From NCBI GenBank assembly GCA_010015585.1, contig ML975150.1: 64,000 nucleotides of DNA, one strand, 5' to 3'. Positions 62,428-64,000 of this stretch are shown piece by piece. This DNA comes from Eremomyces bilateralis CBS 781.70. Lineage: Eukaryota. Made by a program: the position numbers and the translations under genes. The notes under the pieces are model-generated. The model saw only the letters and a program-made list of their open reading frames with translations. It had not been told where the DNA came from and searched no databases. Position 1 is the stretch's first letter, and every line of letters starts with the position of its first letter.

Positions 62428-63786
62428 CCGGAGCGCCTCGGCCGTGTTCAGATGCAGACAAGGTTCGACGTCCCGTTTGCAAATTGATATCTTTCTTTTG
62501 CCGTTGATCTATCAGAAGGATATCCACGAGGGTGGTTTTCTATCGGAAACGACCCGCCGACAGAAACCCGCGGTCTTCCGGTCACTATTATTGGGATAGT
62601 ATTGAACAGATGGAGACGAGGTGGCGATGAACAAAACTGAATGGTGTAGGGGATTCTGACAAGGTGAGAGCCGTATACAGCAACTTAAGAAAAACTCTGA
62701 GTCCCTAGAGAAGGAAAACTATCATCAACAACTGGTCTCAACAGAGGGAACGAGGGGATTGGGATAAAGTTGAATATCCATCCGAGATCTTGGGCCCTCT
62801 CCACCATTACTGTCTCCATGCGGGTCATGGATTAGCCATGGCGATCTTGGTGCCCATGCAAGGACGGACGGACTCCCTTCCGATCACCAGGTTCGAGTCC
62901 TTCGGCGGGCTCGCTTACAGGGAAAGAATGGCAAACGGAAGCATTTGGAAGGTTACGAGGATCCTAGATTCTTGGTGCTAACTTAGTTAAGGAACCTAAG
63001 AAGTAAGAACCCAGGTGCTGCCGACTGCCGACGATTTTCAGATTAGCAGACTTCCATTGACGAATCGGATCCCCGTCGGAACGGTGTACCCGGGCAAATT
63101 CCTGTCCAGTTGTCCCTTTGACTTTAGAAATTAGAATCCATTCTTAGGATTTAAGTATCGATAGGAGGCGTTGATCGGTCATCATGGGATGGGAACTCAC
63201 TTCCGCATTTCCGACTCCCTTTTTGGCTACCATTGAACTCACTCACAAACTCGCCGCACCCAACACTTCTGCTTGCGGTGCTCACTGTATGGGCCATCCC
63301 GTATTACCTGTGCCTGTAGACAGTACTCTCAGGTACCTAACATAACTAACGATACAAGGCACAATAGAAAGCAAAGATGGTTGATACTTTGCAAGGGCAC
63401 CAACATCTGGTATCGTATCTCCAGTTCAAAGGTAGGAATTTCCTATGAAATCTTGTCCAAAAGGTTCTGCCGTAACACGCATCGGATCTCATGTGTTGCC
63501 AAAGCAAAGGCATGCCCACAGCAAACCATTCGCTAATTAGGTCAAACACATTGTTCTGGGTCATCCCTTGTCAAGTTCTTCTATTCCCTCAATCTGTTCT
63601 GCGATAGATCCTCTAAGTCCACCGGTGTTCCACTGGATTCCTTATGCCGCTCTGCGAGTCTCCTATCCAAATCTCGTTCAGATACCAACGCTGACCCTGC
63701 CATCCACGGGATTGGGAGAGGGAGAAACATCTATCCAAGTTACAAGCACTAGTCTTAAATCGAATCACAGCAGCTCAAGACATCAG

Positions 63787-64000
63787 ATGGTCCGCTTCGA
63801 CATGGCTTCCCTATCTACCTTGCCACGCTTGCCTACAGAGCTTCTCCTGGCCGTGACAAGTTCTGCGGATAACACAGGTTCCCTCTTTTCTCTGCGGTCG
63901 ACTTGTCGTACAATGCGAGCTGCTTGCTAGGAAACCTCCATAAGACGCTATTTCGAAACCCGAAGTCATCTTCTAAGCTTCGAGTCCCTGCTGTCTGATT
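63787..64000 (+). pseudogene. F-box-like ORF start with in-frame TAG at 63928-63930; runs off the window
   Basis: LPRLPTELLLAVTS..SLFSLRSTCRTMRAAC*ETSIRRYFETRSHLLSFESL; the frame remains open and protein-like after the stop. Confidence 0.55.

Overview
Eukaryotic DNA from a filamentous ascomycete (Pezizomycotina). It has short GT-AG introns with CTRAC/CTAAC branch sites; the class cannot be fixed from sequence alone. About 20 protein-coding loci, with exon structures rebuilt by hand. Housekeeping and regulatory genes: APC/C subunit CDC27/BimA, arginyl-tRNA synthetase, RPS12, a GRGGAGN-repeat (Par32/DUF3602-like) gene, the pH regulator pacC, a Mediator MED15/Gal11-like gene, a Zn2Cys6 transcription factor, PHO8-type alkaline phosphatase, a GT34 glycosyltransferase, DBP8 helicase and an RTA1-family protein. 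Accessory material: a tandem pair of secreted Cys-rich paralogs, an orphan P450, a small Cys-rich protein, a decayed NACHT-ankyrin (NLR-like) relic and an F-box ORF with an in-frame stop. No rRNA, tRNA, CRISPR or intact transposon was seen. Most notable unexplained signals: (i) a spliced 30-codon micro-ORF transcription unit about 2 kb upstream of pacC, pointing across a dense cluster of PacC sites; (ii) recurrent local C-rich to G-rich skew flips independent of gene strand; (iii) alternative acceptors and a possible intron-retention product in pacC; (iv) a microhomology-joined deletion in the NLR relic.
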